The notes below the pieces were generated by a model. It was given only the letters and a program-made list of their open reading frames with translations, was not told where the DNA came from and did no database searches. 64,000 nucleotides of DNA, from the IMG/VR virus record IMGVR_UViG_3300031949_000002; one strand, 5' to 3'. The translations under genes and the position numbers were made by a program. Position 1 is the first letter of the stretch, and the number at the start of each line of letters is the position of its first letter. The DNA comes from a virus. Below, in pieces: positions 42,217 to 51,340 of this stretch.

Positions 42217-42432
42217 CTACGAGACCCGAACCCTGTAAACTCCGACCTCTTGGGGGACCGACTCACCCGAAGACTTCATTGCATCTACCGTAGTTCTAAT
42301 CGCGCACCGAGCGTTTCGGAGAGCCTTAACCTTCGTTTTGCCCAAGGCGAAACAGCCAGGCAGGGCGGGGACAGACACGTTGTAGACCCTCCCCTTCGGA
42401 TCCCACTTCAGGGCTACAGTGAACTTCATCAC
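42217..42432 (-). CDS. HicB-like (partial RNase H fold) protein
   Basis: YNVSVPALPGCFALGKT..AL. Confidence 0.7.
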   Translation of the reverse strand: MMKFTVALKWDPKGRVYNVSVPALPGCFALGKTKVKALRNARCAIRTTVDAMKSSGESVPQEVGVYRVRVS

Positions 42433-42998
42433 TCCTCGCTCTCAGACTCGGCCTGTCTGACAACAGCTACGAATTTCTTCACCATGCCTGGAGCGTTCTC
42501 GGAAAGCCAGCGTTCGATCGCGGTAGCGTCGATTCCGGCCTTCACGAGTTCCACGACGTCCGTCCTGTCTTTCGAGCGCGGTGATTTCAGTTTCAGGTAG
42601 ATAAGAGCTTCGACCGGGGCGATAGGGATTCCCTCTCGAACAATCGGGCGATCCACTGCCGGAACAAGGAATGGCTCGTTGGCAGTCATCGAGATGGAAT
42701 CGATAGGCACCTCACCGTAGGAGATTGGAACTCCGGGGGCAAGAGTCACGAATCCTCCCCCATGGACGATGAATGCCTCGTCGCCTACGAGGAAGTCAAC
42801 GTCCTTGCTCCACCGAGGCCATCCGTAGGCTCCAACCGCCAGACCACCTACCAAGGCGTGCCTGACTCCAGCCGCCGTGAGTTGCGCCGACGCCTTCTCC
42901 ATCGCCTCAAGGATTCTCGGGTGGATCGTCCCCTCAAGCAACGATAGATCGGGATACTCTGAAGCCACTCGGAATCTCCTTGAAGCGAACTGTCGCAT
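42429..42998 (-). CDS. Minimal nucleotidyltransferase (AbiEii/DUF6036-like)
   Basis: LVGGLAVGAYG..SKDVDFLV; LKLKSPRSKDRTD. Confidence 0.75.
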   Translation of the reverse strand: MRQFASRRFRVASEYPDLSLLEGTIHPRILEAMEKASAQLTAAGVRHALVGGLAVGAYGWPRWSKDVDFLVGDEAFIVHGGGFVTLAPGVPISYGEVPIDSISMTANEPFLVPAVDRPIVREGIPIAPVEALIYLKLKSPRSKDRTDVVELVKAGIDATAIERWLSENAPGMVKKFVAVVRQAESESEE

Positions 42999-43015
42999 GC
43001 ACGCCCTCTACACAA

Positions 43016-43044
43016 TTGTTAACATCTGTCGTGCGTTGGGTCAA
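43016..43044 (-). promoter_or_regulatory. Sigma70-type promoter for NTase-HicB pair
   Basis: TTGACC-17-TAACAA; shares CAGATGTTAACAA with 11925-11937. Confidence 0.55.
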
Positions 43045-43658
43045 GGGCCAATTACCGGGGAAGGTCTGACTAGGAAGAGGTTATACCCTCCCCAGTGCTT
43101 CAGGAATTCTCCCACCCTGACCCACTCCTCAGGAACAGCCGGGCTCGTCGTGGAGGAGTTCGAGATCAGAAGTTCCGTCCGGAGCGTTGCGCCAAGCCTC
43201 TTTCCTTCTCGGATAATCTCCTCCTCAACGACACGGGCTCCCGCGATCAGTACCCAGTGGTCGGGACACTCCAGAGGCCCATTCTTCTGGTGAACGACAG
43301 GAGCGACTCCGTAGTAGCCAGCGTCAATCGCCATCCGCACGTACTGGAACCACTCCAGGGAGATCTCCCAGGCCGGGGCGCCGAAGAACGAGGAGGACTT
43401 CCAGGGAACCCACCAGGGGATGTCCGTGACGAGTCGGTCGATCGCACCCGCGGATAGGAGCTTCTCCAGCGCGTCGTACATCTCCGGTCCGGCGAAGCTG
43501 TCTTTCGCCGGATCTTTCCCGAGCGAGGCGTAGATGGACTGGACGTCGCAACCCAAGAGGCCGCCCAGGACGCACGGCCCGCAGTCTCCGCCAGGATGAA
43601 GGAAAGGAACGGGCTGAGCCGCGACCCGCCTCGGAAGGACGACACTGCCGGTCCGCAT
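43041..43658 (-). CDS. Peptidase C39-like protein
   Basis: DCGPCVL..DHWVLI. Confidence 0.55.
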   Translation of the reverse strand: MRTGSVVLPRRVAAQPVPFLHPGGDCGPCVLGGLLGCDVQSIYASLGKDPAKDSFAGPEMYDALEKLLSAGAIDRLVTDIPWWVPWKSSSFFGAPAWEISLEWFQYVRMAIDAGYYGVAPVVHQKNGPLECPDHWVLIAGARVVEEEIIREGKRLGATLRTELLISNSSTTSPAVPEEWVRVGEFLKHWGGYNLFLVRPSPVIGP

Positions 43659-43660
43659 CT

Positions 43661-44059
43661 CTAGCTGCGCTCCGTGTGCCAGAGCAGCGTTTCGTAGAGT
43701 TTGTCGCCGAGGATCCGTCCCAGGGATTCGGACTGACGCTTCACGCCTCGGAACGTCTTCTGGGCTTCCTTCATGTCCTCGAACCCGTACTCGGCCACCC
43801 AGTCGTCGAGATCCGGATAATTTTCGTAGGAAACCGCATCCATTGCGACCGTGTCCAGGACCTCCTCCACGGTCGGAGGCGCTCCCTTATGCCCGATCCC
43901 CTTCGAGTATGTGACGGTCATCCTTCCGTCCGGACCGATCAGCGTGACCTTGTAGTGGTCCGCTTGCTCCCAGCCAGGTCGATGACCGAAGTATTCCTTC
44001 CAGGCCATCCGCACGCCGGACCTCTTGATGAAGTCGGCGAGGCTCATCGCGGTGGTCAT
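43661..44059 (-). CDS. Hypothetical protein
   Basis: 132 aa; GIGH..PT..EVL..D. Confidence 0.65.
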   Translation of the reverse strand: MTTAMSLADFIKRSGVRMAWKEYFGHRPGWEQADHYKVTLIGPDGRMTVTYSKGIGHKGAPPTVEEVLDTVAMDAVSYENYPDLDDWVAEYGFEDMKEAQKTFRGVKRQSESLGRILGDKLYETLLWHTERS

Positions 44060-44074
44060 CTCCCGTTCCTTTCT

Positions 44075-44395
44075 CTAAACGTGCCGAGTGAGATTAGCGA
44101 AGATCCGCGGGAACGCCTCCCGCAGCTTCTCGGCCTGCTCGTGGTGGTTCGCGTCCTCCAAGGCTTCGTGGGCCGCCGCCAGGATCGCGCCGCTCCTGCC
44201 GTCGTGGTAAGACCCGAGAACAAGACCCGACGCGAGGATGTCGTAGATCAGAGGGTCTCTCTCCACGACCTCCGTATGGTACGAGCGAAGACGGTTGTTG
44301 ACGAGAACCTCCATGATGTACCGACCCATCTCGATCGGGTTTTCTTCGACCGCCTTCCCGACCTTCTCGATCAGCGACTTCTCTCGCGGTGTCAT
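44075..44395 (-). CDS. Hypothetical protein
   Basis: 106 aa, AAGGGAG RBS. Confidence 0.6.
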   Translation of the reverse strand: MTPREKSLIEKVGKAVEENPIEMGRYIMEVLVNNRLRSYHTEVVERDPLIYDILASGLVLGSYHDGRSGAILAAAHEALEDANHHEQAEKLREAFPRIFANLTRHV

Positions 44396-44407
44396 CGTGC
44401 TTCTCCC

Positions 44408-44812
44408 TTATTTCTGTTTCGGTTCAGGAATCTCGTCATCTGGTGCGAACCACCGCTTCGCACCCATCCGAGTACTCGCTTCGTAGATTTCGATCCGCCT
44501 CTCCCGCGGAAGCTCGTCCCACTCCAGCCACTCATCATCCTCACCTGGATAGAGAACATCTCCCTCGAACTTCCATCCGTAGATGTACCCCTGCGACGCG
44601 ATTACTCCGCTCGCACCGACCGGATTGAAAACCCGGCCAGATTCCTCGACCAAATACCTCCACTCCGTTCCGAGCGTGGTCGGATCGAAACCGCCACTGT
44701 ACAGGTCCTCAAGCCGCTCCACCGTCAGCCACCCATACTCCGGCTTCAATGGGCGGACCGTGTTCTTCGTGATCTTGAAGTACTTGGTCTTCGTCACCAT
44801 TATGAGACCCAC
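44408..44812 (-). CDS. Hypothetical protein
   Basis: 134 aa. Confidence 0.55.
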   Translation of the reverse strand: MGLIMVTKTKYFKITKNTVRPLKPEYGWLTVERLEDLYSGGFDPTTLGTEWRYLVEESGRVFNPVGASGVIASQGYIYGWKFEGDVLYPGEDDEWLEWDELPRERRIEIYEASTRMGAKRWFAPDDEIPEPKQK

Positions 44813-45156
44813 CCGTAATGTCGCAGTTCTCTCCTTACGATATCGCTCAGCCTGTTCGGCCTCAGATCCTGGATGCCAAACTCGAAGTAAAGCATCTGGG
44901 GTAGGTGCGTTTCGATTCCTGCTCTCTTACCGTCCTCGGTCAACAGGAAATCCTCGATGATCGCCAGCGTCTTCCGATCGCGCGCGTCGTAAACCTCGAA
45001 CCCCCAGATAAACCTTGGGCCTCCGGTGACCCGAATCCATCCGCTCGCGAGCGCGTCGTCATGCGTGATCCCCGTCGCTTCGTAGATCGCATCGAAGTGA
45101 ATCATCCCAGCGGGGACCTCGAAGCTCGACCCATCGGGAGCGATCCAAAGATTCAT
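44800..45156 (-). CDS. Hypothetical protein, paralogue of 52917-53444
   Basis: WIAPDG..H..SGWIR..IIEDF. Confidence 0.6.
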   Translation of the reverse strand: MNLWIAPDGSSFEVPAGMIHFDAIYEATGITHDDALASGWIRVTGGPRFIWGFEVYDARDRKTLAIIEDFLLTEDGKRAGIETHLPQMLYFEFGIQDLRPNRLSDIVRRELRHYGWVS

Positions 45157-45161
45157 CGCGG

Positions 45162-45599
45162 CTACTCTCGCGAGTAAGCTTCCCTGGCGGCCTTTCGGTA
45201 GCCCGGAGTCCATTCGAGGATCGCTTTCACGAACCTCACCGGCCTACCTTCCGCCCACTCCTGCACTGGGTCTTCGACCGCGTAGCTCATGTGGGCGTAG
45301 ACTGCGGGCTTCCGCAGGTTCGGGTAGGGATACCAGGTGCCATGGTCCGAGATGAACCCGTCCTGGCTGATGATCGGCGCGGACGTCAGCGCGTCGATGT
45401 CTTCGGGAGGAACCATGTTCCATCCATTCGTGAGCGCATACTCCAGCATCTCGTAGAAGCCGTTGTTGGTTTCGTTCCTCGCGACCCACTCCTTCGCCTC
45501 CTCGATGCCCTCGGGCGTGGGCTCCAGCCAGAGCGCATCTCCGATCTCGACGAGGTTGATGAAGCCCGCCCTCATCAGCAGTTTCCGCTTTTCTTTCAT
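45162..45599 (-). CDS. Hypothetical protein
   Basis: 145 aa, GGAGAGG RBS. Confidence 0.6.
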   Translation of the reverse strand: MKEKRKLLMRAGFINLVEIGDALWLEPTPEGIEEAKEWVARNETNNGFYEMLEYALTNGWNMVPPEDIDALTSAPIISQDGFISDHGTWYPYPNLRKPAVYAHMSYAVEDPVQEWAEGRPVRFVKAILEWTPGYRKAAREAYSRE

Positions 45600-45647
45600 A
45601 GCCTCTCCGTTCAGAACCTATTCGCAGCAAGCAAGATCTGGCCTGGC

Positions 45648-46175
45648 TTAGCCCCCTTCGCTCTCGTCATCATCATCGTCTTCGTACTCGTCGTCTTCCA
45701 CATCCCATCCACCGGGCTCGTCGTCCAGAGTTCCGACGATCGATCCGCTCACCCTAGCGTCGAAATACTTCGCGAGGTATCGGTGGACATGCGTCACGCA
45801 GCCTGTCTTTCCGGTGTCATCGTACCAGAGGCCCCCGATTACTACGCGCGATACACCGTCACGTTCGAGTCTTCTACGGAGCCTCCACAAGAAGGGAGGC
45901 CATGGCTGTTCAGCTTCATCGAAGTGGATCCAGACAATCGGCGGAAGACTCTGAGAGCGTTTCTCGATCTCGTCCAGGAGCCACATTCTAGGCTCTGACG
46001 GCTTTCCCTCGTCTTCCCAACCCTGGTCCACAATGTAGACCGGCCCCTCATGGAATTTTATCGCTGCCGCTATGGCCTCGGCCAGGTCGCCGCCCGTCCA
46101 CGACCCGATCTCTTCCGTGTAGGCGTCTAGGCTTGAAAGATGGACGATGACCAGGGCCTCCTTAGACCTCTTCAT
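45648..46175 (-). CDS. Hypothetical protein (possible cysteine-hydrolase-like fold)
   Basis: ALVIVH..; VVIGGLW..GCVTHV; acidic tail. Confidence 0.55.
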   Translation of the reverse strand: MKRSKEALVIVHLSSLDAYTEEIGSWTGGDLAEAIAAAIKFHEGPVYIVDQGWEDEGKPSEPRMWLLDEIEKRSQSLPPIVWIHFDEAEQPWPPFLWRLRRRLERDGVSRVVIGGLWYDDTGKTGCVTHVHRYLAKYFDARVSGSIVGTLDDEPGGWDVEDDEYEDDDDDESEGG

Positions 46176-46902
46176 CGACTTCCTCCTGCGTAAGGATCGC
46201 CATGTCCACCGCGGCGCGCTTCGCCAGCGTCTCGAACGCTTCGACCCACTCGTTGCCTCTCAGATCCGATCCCATCAATCCGCCGCTGAAGATGTAGTCG
46301 ATCATCTCGTCGGCCTGCGTCTCCATCGCGGACAGTTCGTACTCCTCGACGCTCTTGTACTGCCGCGACATGTCACGCGCATCGTAGAGGCCAGGGCCTT
46401 CGTACTCGGCGGCGACCGGATCCCAGCCTTGCTTCTTACGATAGCTACCGTAGGCCGAGTCGTGCGACTCCTTCAGTTTCTTCCAGTCCTTCTTTCCGCC
46501 GACGTTGACGAAAGGCTCTTCCTCGAACACGTAGCTGCCCTCGTCGCCTTCGAGATCGTACGCTTCGGTGTACCGTACGAACGGCTCGGAGTAAGGGACT
46601 TCTCGAAGCTCAATCGAGTCGAGAACTTTTCTTTCCCCCTTTTTCACCTTGATGTCTTTCAATTCCTGCTGCGTCGTATAGATGAGCGCCAGACCGAGCG
46701 ATACGCGCTCCAGGCTCGGGAACTCCGCGTACGGCACGATCTTGAACGTGCCGCTTTCCTTCAACTGGGCGTCGTACCAGTTGATCGCCCGGATCGTGGG
46801 ACTTCCCCAACGCTTCTCGTGCTTCCCTTTCCGGGCTGACTCCCAGTGCGCGCCCGTGATCGGCTTATCGGTGAACATCGCCTCTGCGAAATGCTCCGCC
46901 AT
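46162..46902 (-). CDS. Hypothetical protein with internal EKRWG
   Basis: KGKHEKRWGSP. Confidence 0.65.
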   Translation of the reverse strand: MAEHFAEAMFTDKPITGAHWESARKGKHEKRWGSPTIRAINWYDAQLKESGTFKIVPYAEFPSLERVSLGLALIYTTQQELKDIKVKKGERKVLDSIELREVPYSEPFVRYTEAYDLEGDEGSYVFEEEPFVNVGGKKDWKKLKESHDSAYGSYRKKQGWDPVAAEYEGPGLYDARDMSRQYKSVEEYELSAMETQADEMIDYIFSGGLMGSDLRGNEWVEAFETLAKRAAVDMAILTQEEVDEEV

Positions 46903-47531
46903 TACGCCTCCTTGAGCGCGGACTTGGGCCAACGCTCTTCCATCTCGGGCCGCGACAATCTGAGCGGATACCCGTCGATGTTGTCCCAGCCGTGATGGTC
47001 TCCGACCATCCTGTATAGCTCGGCTCGCTGGAGCGGGTTCGGGCTTATGGACATCTCTCCGAGTTCGGTAACGCTTACGCCCATCGTGTCTACGATCGCG
47101 AACCAGTCCGCCCAGTTGAGGTCCTTGACCGGATCGTCCTCGATGTCGAATCGGTAGACGGTATACCGATCCTCCCCGCGCTCGTCCAGGAACGCACCCC
47201 CGACCCATGCGTTATCGACCCAGAACTCCACCTTGGTAGAGGACTCCGTCATCTCGTACACCGGCTTGAGACGCTTCCTGATTTCTCGAATCGCCTCTTC
47301 TCTCGTAGCGAATTCGCCCAGGTCCATCCCAGGCGCAAGTTCCGCGGTCCACACCTTGTACTTCCGCTGCTCCTCTTCGAGAGGCTCATCCCAGTACTCG
47401 GCGCCGATGTATGCCTTGCCGCGATTGACGTAGCGAAACACGATCAATCCGCCGTAGTCGAGCGGGCTCTTGTCCCCGAGGTTGCCGAGGACCACGACCT
47501 CAGGCTCTTCTCTCATTGTCTTCTCCGACAC
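46902..47531 (-). CDS. Hypothetical protein
   Basis: GNLGD..P..YGG..V; C-terminal YHGW.N.D.YP-like block. Confidence 0.65.
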   Translation of the reverse strand: MSEKTMREEPEVVVLGNLGDKSPLDYGGLIVFRYVNRGKAYIGAEYWDEPLEEEQRKYKVWTAELAPGMDLGEFATREEAIREIRKRLKPVYEMTESSTKVEFWVDNAWVGGAFLDERGEDRYTVYRFDIEDDPVKDLNWADWFAIVDTMGVSVTELGEMSISPNPLQRAELYRMVGDHHGWDNIDGYPLRLSRPEMEERWPKSALKEA

Positions 47532-47858
47532 TTAGAACCTCACGAGGGACTTCTTCGCAATGTCGATCAGGCTATTTCTAGACGGAAGGTGTCCATTATC
47601 CACCATGAAGGTCAGCAGTTGATTCGCGTACCTCTCGGTCGTGGCGATCCAGTCGAATTCATCCCCCCATCTACGCTTTCCTCCGCCGACCTTTTCCAGC
47701 ACCTCGCCCGCCTCGATCGCGACTTGGTAGAAGCCAACGAAGCCGTCGCTGTCAGCCAGGGCGGAGTTGTACGCCCGCATCCTCAACGCCTCGTGAGCGC
47801 CGAACTCCAGCGCGATCGCTGCGACATTCTCAGCAACGGCATACTGGGCTTTGTTCAC
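47532..47858 (-). CDS. Hypothetical protein
   Basis: AAGGA RBS, GTG start. Confidence 0.55.
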   Translation of the reverse strand: MNKAQYAVAENVAAIALEFGAHEALRMRAYNSALADSDGFVGFYQVAIEAGEVLEKVGGGKRRWGDEFDWIATTERYANQLLTFMVDNGHLPSRNSLIDIAKKSLVRF

Positions 47859-48007
47859 GGTCCTTTCTCCTTTCGACCAATCGCCTTCGCAAGCGCGTCC
47901 TTCCCGACCAGCGCGACCATCAGTCCTACGACGAATCCGGAGAACCAGACTGCGAAGATCATCCAGTTGAACTCGCCGACTTCGGCCAGTAGAGTCACGC
48001 CTACCCC

Positions 48008-48244
48008 TTAACTCTCGTGACCCGGAACGCTGTAGGTCTTGAGTTGCTTCGTGGGATCCGGGATCCGGTTGAGAGGGACCGCTGTGATGAAGAATTCTTC
48101 CAGATATTCGCACGCTTCCAGATCGTCCATGCTGCGATCGTACTCCTTCGCTCCTCGACGAGCCTTGCTTAGCGACTCGTAGATCCCAATCATTCCGGTA
48201 CAACCCGATGGACCGGCGTAAAGAACGTAGACCGTTCGCATCAT
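48008..48244 (-). CDS. Hypothetical protein
   Basis: GGAGGG RBS. Confidence 0.55.
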   Translation of the reverse strand: MMRTVYVLYAGPSGCTGMIGIYESLSKARRGAKEYDRSMDDLEACEYLEEFFITAVPLNRIPDPTKQLKTYSVPGHES

Positions 48245-48546
48245 CCCTCCGCAATCCACCGCTTCCCGATCTTCCGGAGATCGGGGATCACGCCGTCGTA
48301 CATCTTGAGAAACCTGTCAAGATCCGTGATCCCGTACTCCACTTCCAGGTCGATCACCGCCGTCCCGCGCTCCGCCCGGATCTGTCCACGGGTCTCGGCC
48401 CCTGAAAGCGAGAGCTTCAGAAGCTTCGCCTCTCGCTTCGTCAACATGACGAACTCAAAGATATCCGGATCGACGCCGAATTCCATCGCGAGGTCCGGAT
48501 CCAAGATCTCGAACTGGATCCAGTAAAGCTTCTTTTCTTCCGTCAC
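48241..48546 (-). CDS. Hypothetical protein
   Basis: Coupled to neighbours. Confidence 0.55.
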   Translation of the reverse strand: MTEEKKLYWIQFEILDPDLAMEFGVDPDIFEFVMLTKREAKLLKLSLSGAETRGQIRAERGTAVIDLEVEYGITDLDRFLKMYDGVIPDLRKIGKRWIAEG

Positions 48547-48548
48547 GG

Positions 48549-48926
48549 TCAGAACGCCTTCATTTGCGTGATTATCAGCGCCCTGTGAATGATGCGTCGA
48601 TTCTCCAGGATGATCGTGTACACGTCGCCCCAGTCCGGCGGAGGCTCCGACCACCGCTTCTCTCCGAAGACCGGAGCGATGGGCGTCCAACTCTGCTTCA
48701 CGATCTTGACGTCGATTGGAAGATGCGCCCAATCTCCTTCACCCTCGTCAAGCTTCCACCAGATCGTAAAGGCCACACCGCTGAAGATCCCCACGCTTGG
48801 GTCATGCTCGGTCGAGATGAAGTCGGTCCGAAGGACGCCGCCCTTCTCCAGAACGGCATCGACATCGATGTCATCGATCAGTTCTCGGAAGCCCTTCTCG
48901 ACCTTCGCAAGCTCGGTTGAAATCAT
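48549..48926 (-). CDS. Hypothetical protein with EKRWS
   Basis: PVFGEKRWSEPP. Confidence 0.6.
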   Translation of the reverse strand: MISTELAKVEKGFRELIDDIDVDAVLEKGGVLRTDFISTEHDPSVGIFSGVAFTIWWKLDEGEGDWAHLPIDVKIVKQSWTPIAPVFGEKRWSEPPPDWGDVYTIILENRRIIHRALIITQMKAF

Positions 48927-48930
48927 TCGC

Positions 48931-49569
48931 TTACCACCTCTTCTCGATCGACCGCTCGTCCGGCATTGCGCGCTCCGAGACCAGTTCGGTGTAGACCTCG
49001 TAGTCCTCCGGATTACGCCCCTCTCTCTCCATGATCAGCCTGTACGAGTTCAGCAACTGCTTCGGGTAGCTCGCGAGAATCCCCCAGCGGTGTATCTCTT
49101 TTCCTCTCACCGCGTACAGGATCGATCCAGCGACGTGGACGAGACCTCTGAGCCACCCGCCCCTGGAGATCTCCTTCGTAGGTTCACTGCCAAAATACCG
49201 ATCCGTGATCGCGGCCTGAGCGTCCTCGACGACCTCGTCCCAGATGTGTGCGGCTTTGCCTGGAATACCCTCGACCCGAAGCTCGTAGTCCGGATTATCC
49301 GGATCATCGCCGAGTTCCTCCGGCCGCATCCTGCGAGCCCACTTCTCGAAGATCTCGATCGCGTCGGCTTCTCCCTGGCTTTCGCTCGTGTAGTCGCTGT
49401 GGCTCGCGGTCAGGACGGCGACGCGCAACGGAACGTGCCCGGACCCGGCATAGAGCATGAAGCCCCACCAGCCATCGTAGATGCCGCGAAGCAGATCGGG
49501 CCGTGAAATCTCGTCTTCCTCTGCGTTGAGGTAGACGTGAGCATCCGCTTGACGAGTCTCTTCGAACAT
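48931..49569 (-). CDS. Hypothetical protein ending in EKRW
   Basis: ..ERSIEKRW-stop. Confidence 0.65.
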   Translation of the reverse strand: MFEETRQADAHVYLNAEEDEISRPDLLRGIYDGWWGFMLYAGSGHVPLRVAVLTASHSDYTSESQGEADAIEIFEKWARRMRPEELGDDPDNPDYELRVEGIPGKAAHIWDEVVEDAQAAITDRYFGSEPTKEISRGGWLRGLVHVAGSILYAVRGKEIHRWGILASYPKQLLNSYRLIMEREGRNPEDYEVYTELVSERAMPDERSIEKRW

Positions 49570-49576
49570 GGCGCTC

Positions 49577-49918
49577 CTACGCAGAATCCCCGTAGTCCGC
49601 GCCTTCCTCGTCGAGCTTCCGGATCTCGTCCCAGACGTCAGCCTCCATCGCGAGGAAGGCCGCGGTCTGCCTCATCTGCTTCCAGTCCGCGTCTGGCCCG
49701 CTCATCGCCTTCACCTCGCGGCTGTCCGGCTCGTTCCGAGTATCTCTCAGAACGATCTCGTGGTTCCCCGTGTAGATGATCCACTGGGAGCTATCGACGT
49801 CCTCATGCACGCGATCGACACGTTCGTTGTGGTCCCGGCGCGAGTCCGGTAGCTCCTCATAGATCTCACGCGCGATCGAAACGACGCTCTCCCCGTATCC
49901 TGCGGGCGGTCTCGGCAT
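49577..49918 (-). CDS. Hypothetical protein
   Basis: AAGGAGGT RBS; first gene after 26-nt element copy 2. Confidence 0.65.
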   Translation of the reverse strand: MPRPPAGYGESVVSIAREIYEELPDSRRDHNERVDRVHEDVDSSQWIIYTGNHEIVLRDTRNEPDSREVKAMSGPDADWKQMRQTAAFLAMEADVWDEIRKLDEEGADYGDSA

Positions 49919-49942
49919 CTCCTACCTCCTTAGCTGCTCAAC

Positions 49943-49968
49943 GTTAATTGTAAACAAATTCTCAGTTT
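49943..49968 (-). promoter_or_regulatory. Conserved AT-rich 26-nt element, copy 2
   Basis: Identical to 37157-37182. Confidence 0.75.
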
Positions 49969-50218
49969 AGGCCGAGGGAAAAGGTCTACGGATCCGGCTC
50001 GAAATCCTCATGGGGAAGGTCCGGCACTCCGGGTTCAGAAAGCCGCGTCGTCGGCTCTCCGCTCCTGCGCTGCGATCGTAGAGTTCCTGCGTGTTCTCGT
50101 GGGCGGCGGGGATGTTCGTCCTCTTCGACGTAGGTCGGAACGTCGTCTCGCATCTCTGTCCAGCACTCGACATGGGAGCGTTCCCACTCCATGTTCGGCG
50201 CTGCCTTCAATAAAGAGG

Positions 50219-50565
50219 TGGATCCGGGGAGAATCGAACTCCCGTCCAGACGACCGTCATTACGGCGCTTCTACGTGCGTAGTCGGTGTTTTGATCTCGG
50301 GCCGCCGCCGGGCGCCAACACCCTGCGAAGGTCCGTACTCCGGCTAGGTTCTCGGCAGAGGTCTCCCGGATTCTTTCCCCTGCCCAGCAGATGCATTTAC
50401 GTCTTGCCGATCTATCTGCGTCGGCCGGTTCGACGGGCACGGCTAAGCCGCAGCCAGGAGCTTATGCTCAGCAGTTGTCTTTTCATCGCCTTTTAACGTG
50501 TCCAGGCGATGAACCACGGCACGCCACAACCGCACTTCGGTCGCTGTCGAAACCATTTCGGACCC
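50219..50565 (-). ncRNA. ssrA: tmRNA, tag (A)AEHKLLAAA at 50443-50472
   Basis: 5' GGGTCCG..GGTTTCGAC, 3' T arm GTTCGATTCTCCC..CGGATCCA, G3:U70, tag ORF ending AAA-stop. Confidence 0.9.
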
Positions 50566-50655
50566 ACATTTCCAAAGATCGCAATTTTTAGGCTGCGGGG
50601 ATCAGTCCCCGCAGCGAACCGTTACGCTCTCGCGACCGAGTCGCGTCGAATTATT

Positions 50656-51003
50656 CTATCCGTTTCCGGGCTCGACTTCGATCACAAGTTCGTGGCCGTT
50701 CACGCACGAAGCCCGGCCGCCACGCTTGAAAAACGGGTCCGTCACGTTGACCCACTTCGGACAGGACGGACAGGACGCGTAGACCTTACCGGCCGAGTTC
50801 GACATGAAGAGGATCCCGGTCATGCCGAGTTGCCAGCGGTAGTCGGAACGAATCGTCCCCTTGCCTCGACAGACCGGGCACTTTCCCTCCCCGTCCGTGG
50901 CGCGCGACCAGAACGCAGCGCTGATCCCGGGCGGTCCATGGTGGTGGACCTTCCCTTCGCCTTCGCAGTACGCGCAGGTCACCCGATCTCCGCTCTCTAC
51001 CAT
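50656..51003 (-). CDS. DnaJ-type Zn-finger protein
   Basis: CAYCEGEG, CPVCRGKG, CPSC..CVNGH. Confidence 0.65.
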   Translation of the reverse strand: MVESGDRVTCAYCEGEGKVHHHGPPGISAAFWSRATDGEGKCPVCRGKGTIRSDYRWQLGMTGILFMSNSAGKVYASCPSCPKWVNVTDPFFKRGGRASCVNGHELVIEVEPGNG

Positions 51004-51254
51004 GAATACCCCGCGATGTGCCGATCCCCGCTCCCCTTCGGGACCTTCTTCGACCGATAGACCATGCCCGACAGAGGCAACCACGCCATCGAGCCGTCGT
51101 ACGCGCGCCCCCAGTGCTCGCATCGCGCGATCATGACCATCACGTCCTTCGGTTCGTTCTCGATCAGGATCTCGGGTCCGTTGTCGATCCGGATCTGGAA
51201 AATGCCAAGCTTCAGGAGCGAACCGATCGAGATCTGCTTGCAACGGGGATTCAT
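50997..51254 (-). CDS. Hypothetical protein
   Basis: Downstream of TTGACA-16-TATCAT (51263-51290). Confidence 0.5.
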   Translation of the reverse strand: MNPRCKQISIGSLLKLGIFQIRIDNGPEILIENEPKDVMVMIARCEHWGRAYDGSMAWLPLSGMVYRSKKVPKGSGDRHIAGYSW

Positions 51255-51340
51255 CTCAACAGATGATAACACCTGTGGGGCTGGTGTCAAGGGACGGGCC
51301 GAACTGATAGTGCCTTACTTTCGATCGCCTGCCTGGAAGA

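Noticed and set aside
49967-50210. Two overlapping short ORFs downstream of tmRNA
   Set aside because: Cannot tell which, if either, is real
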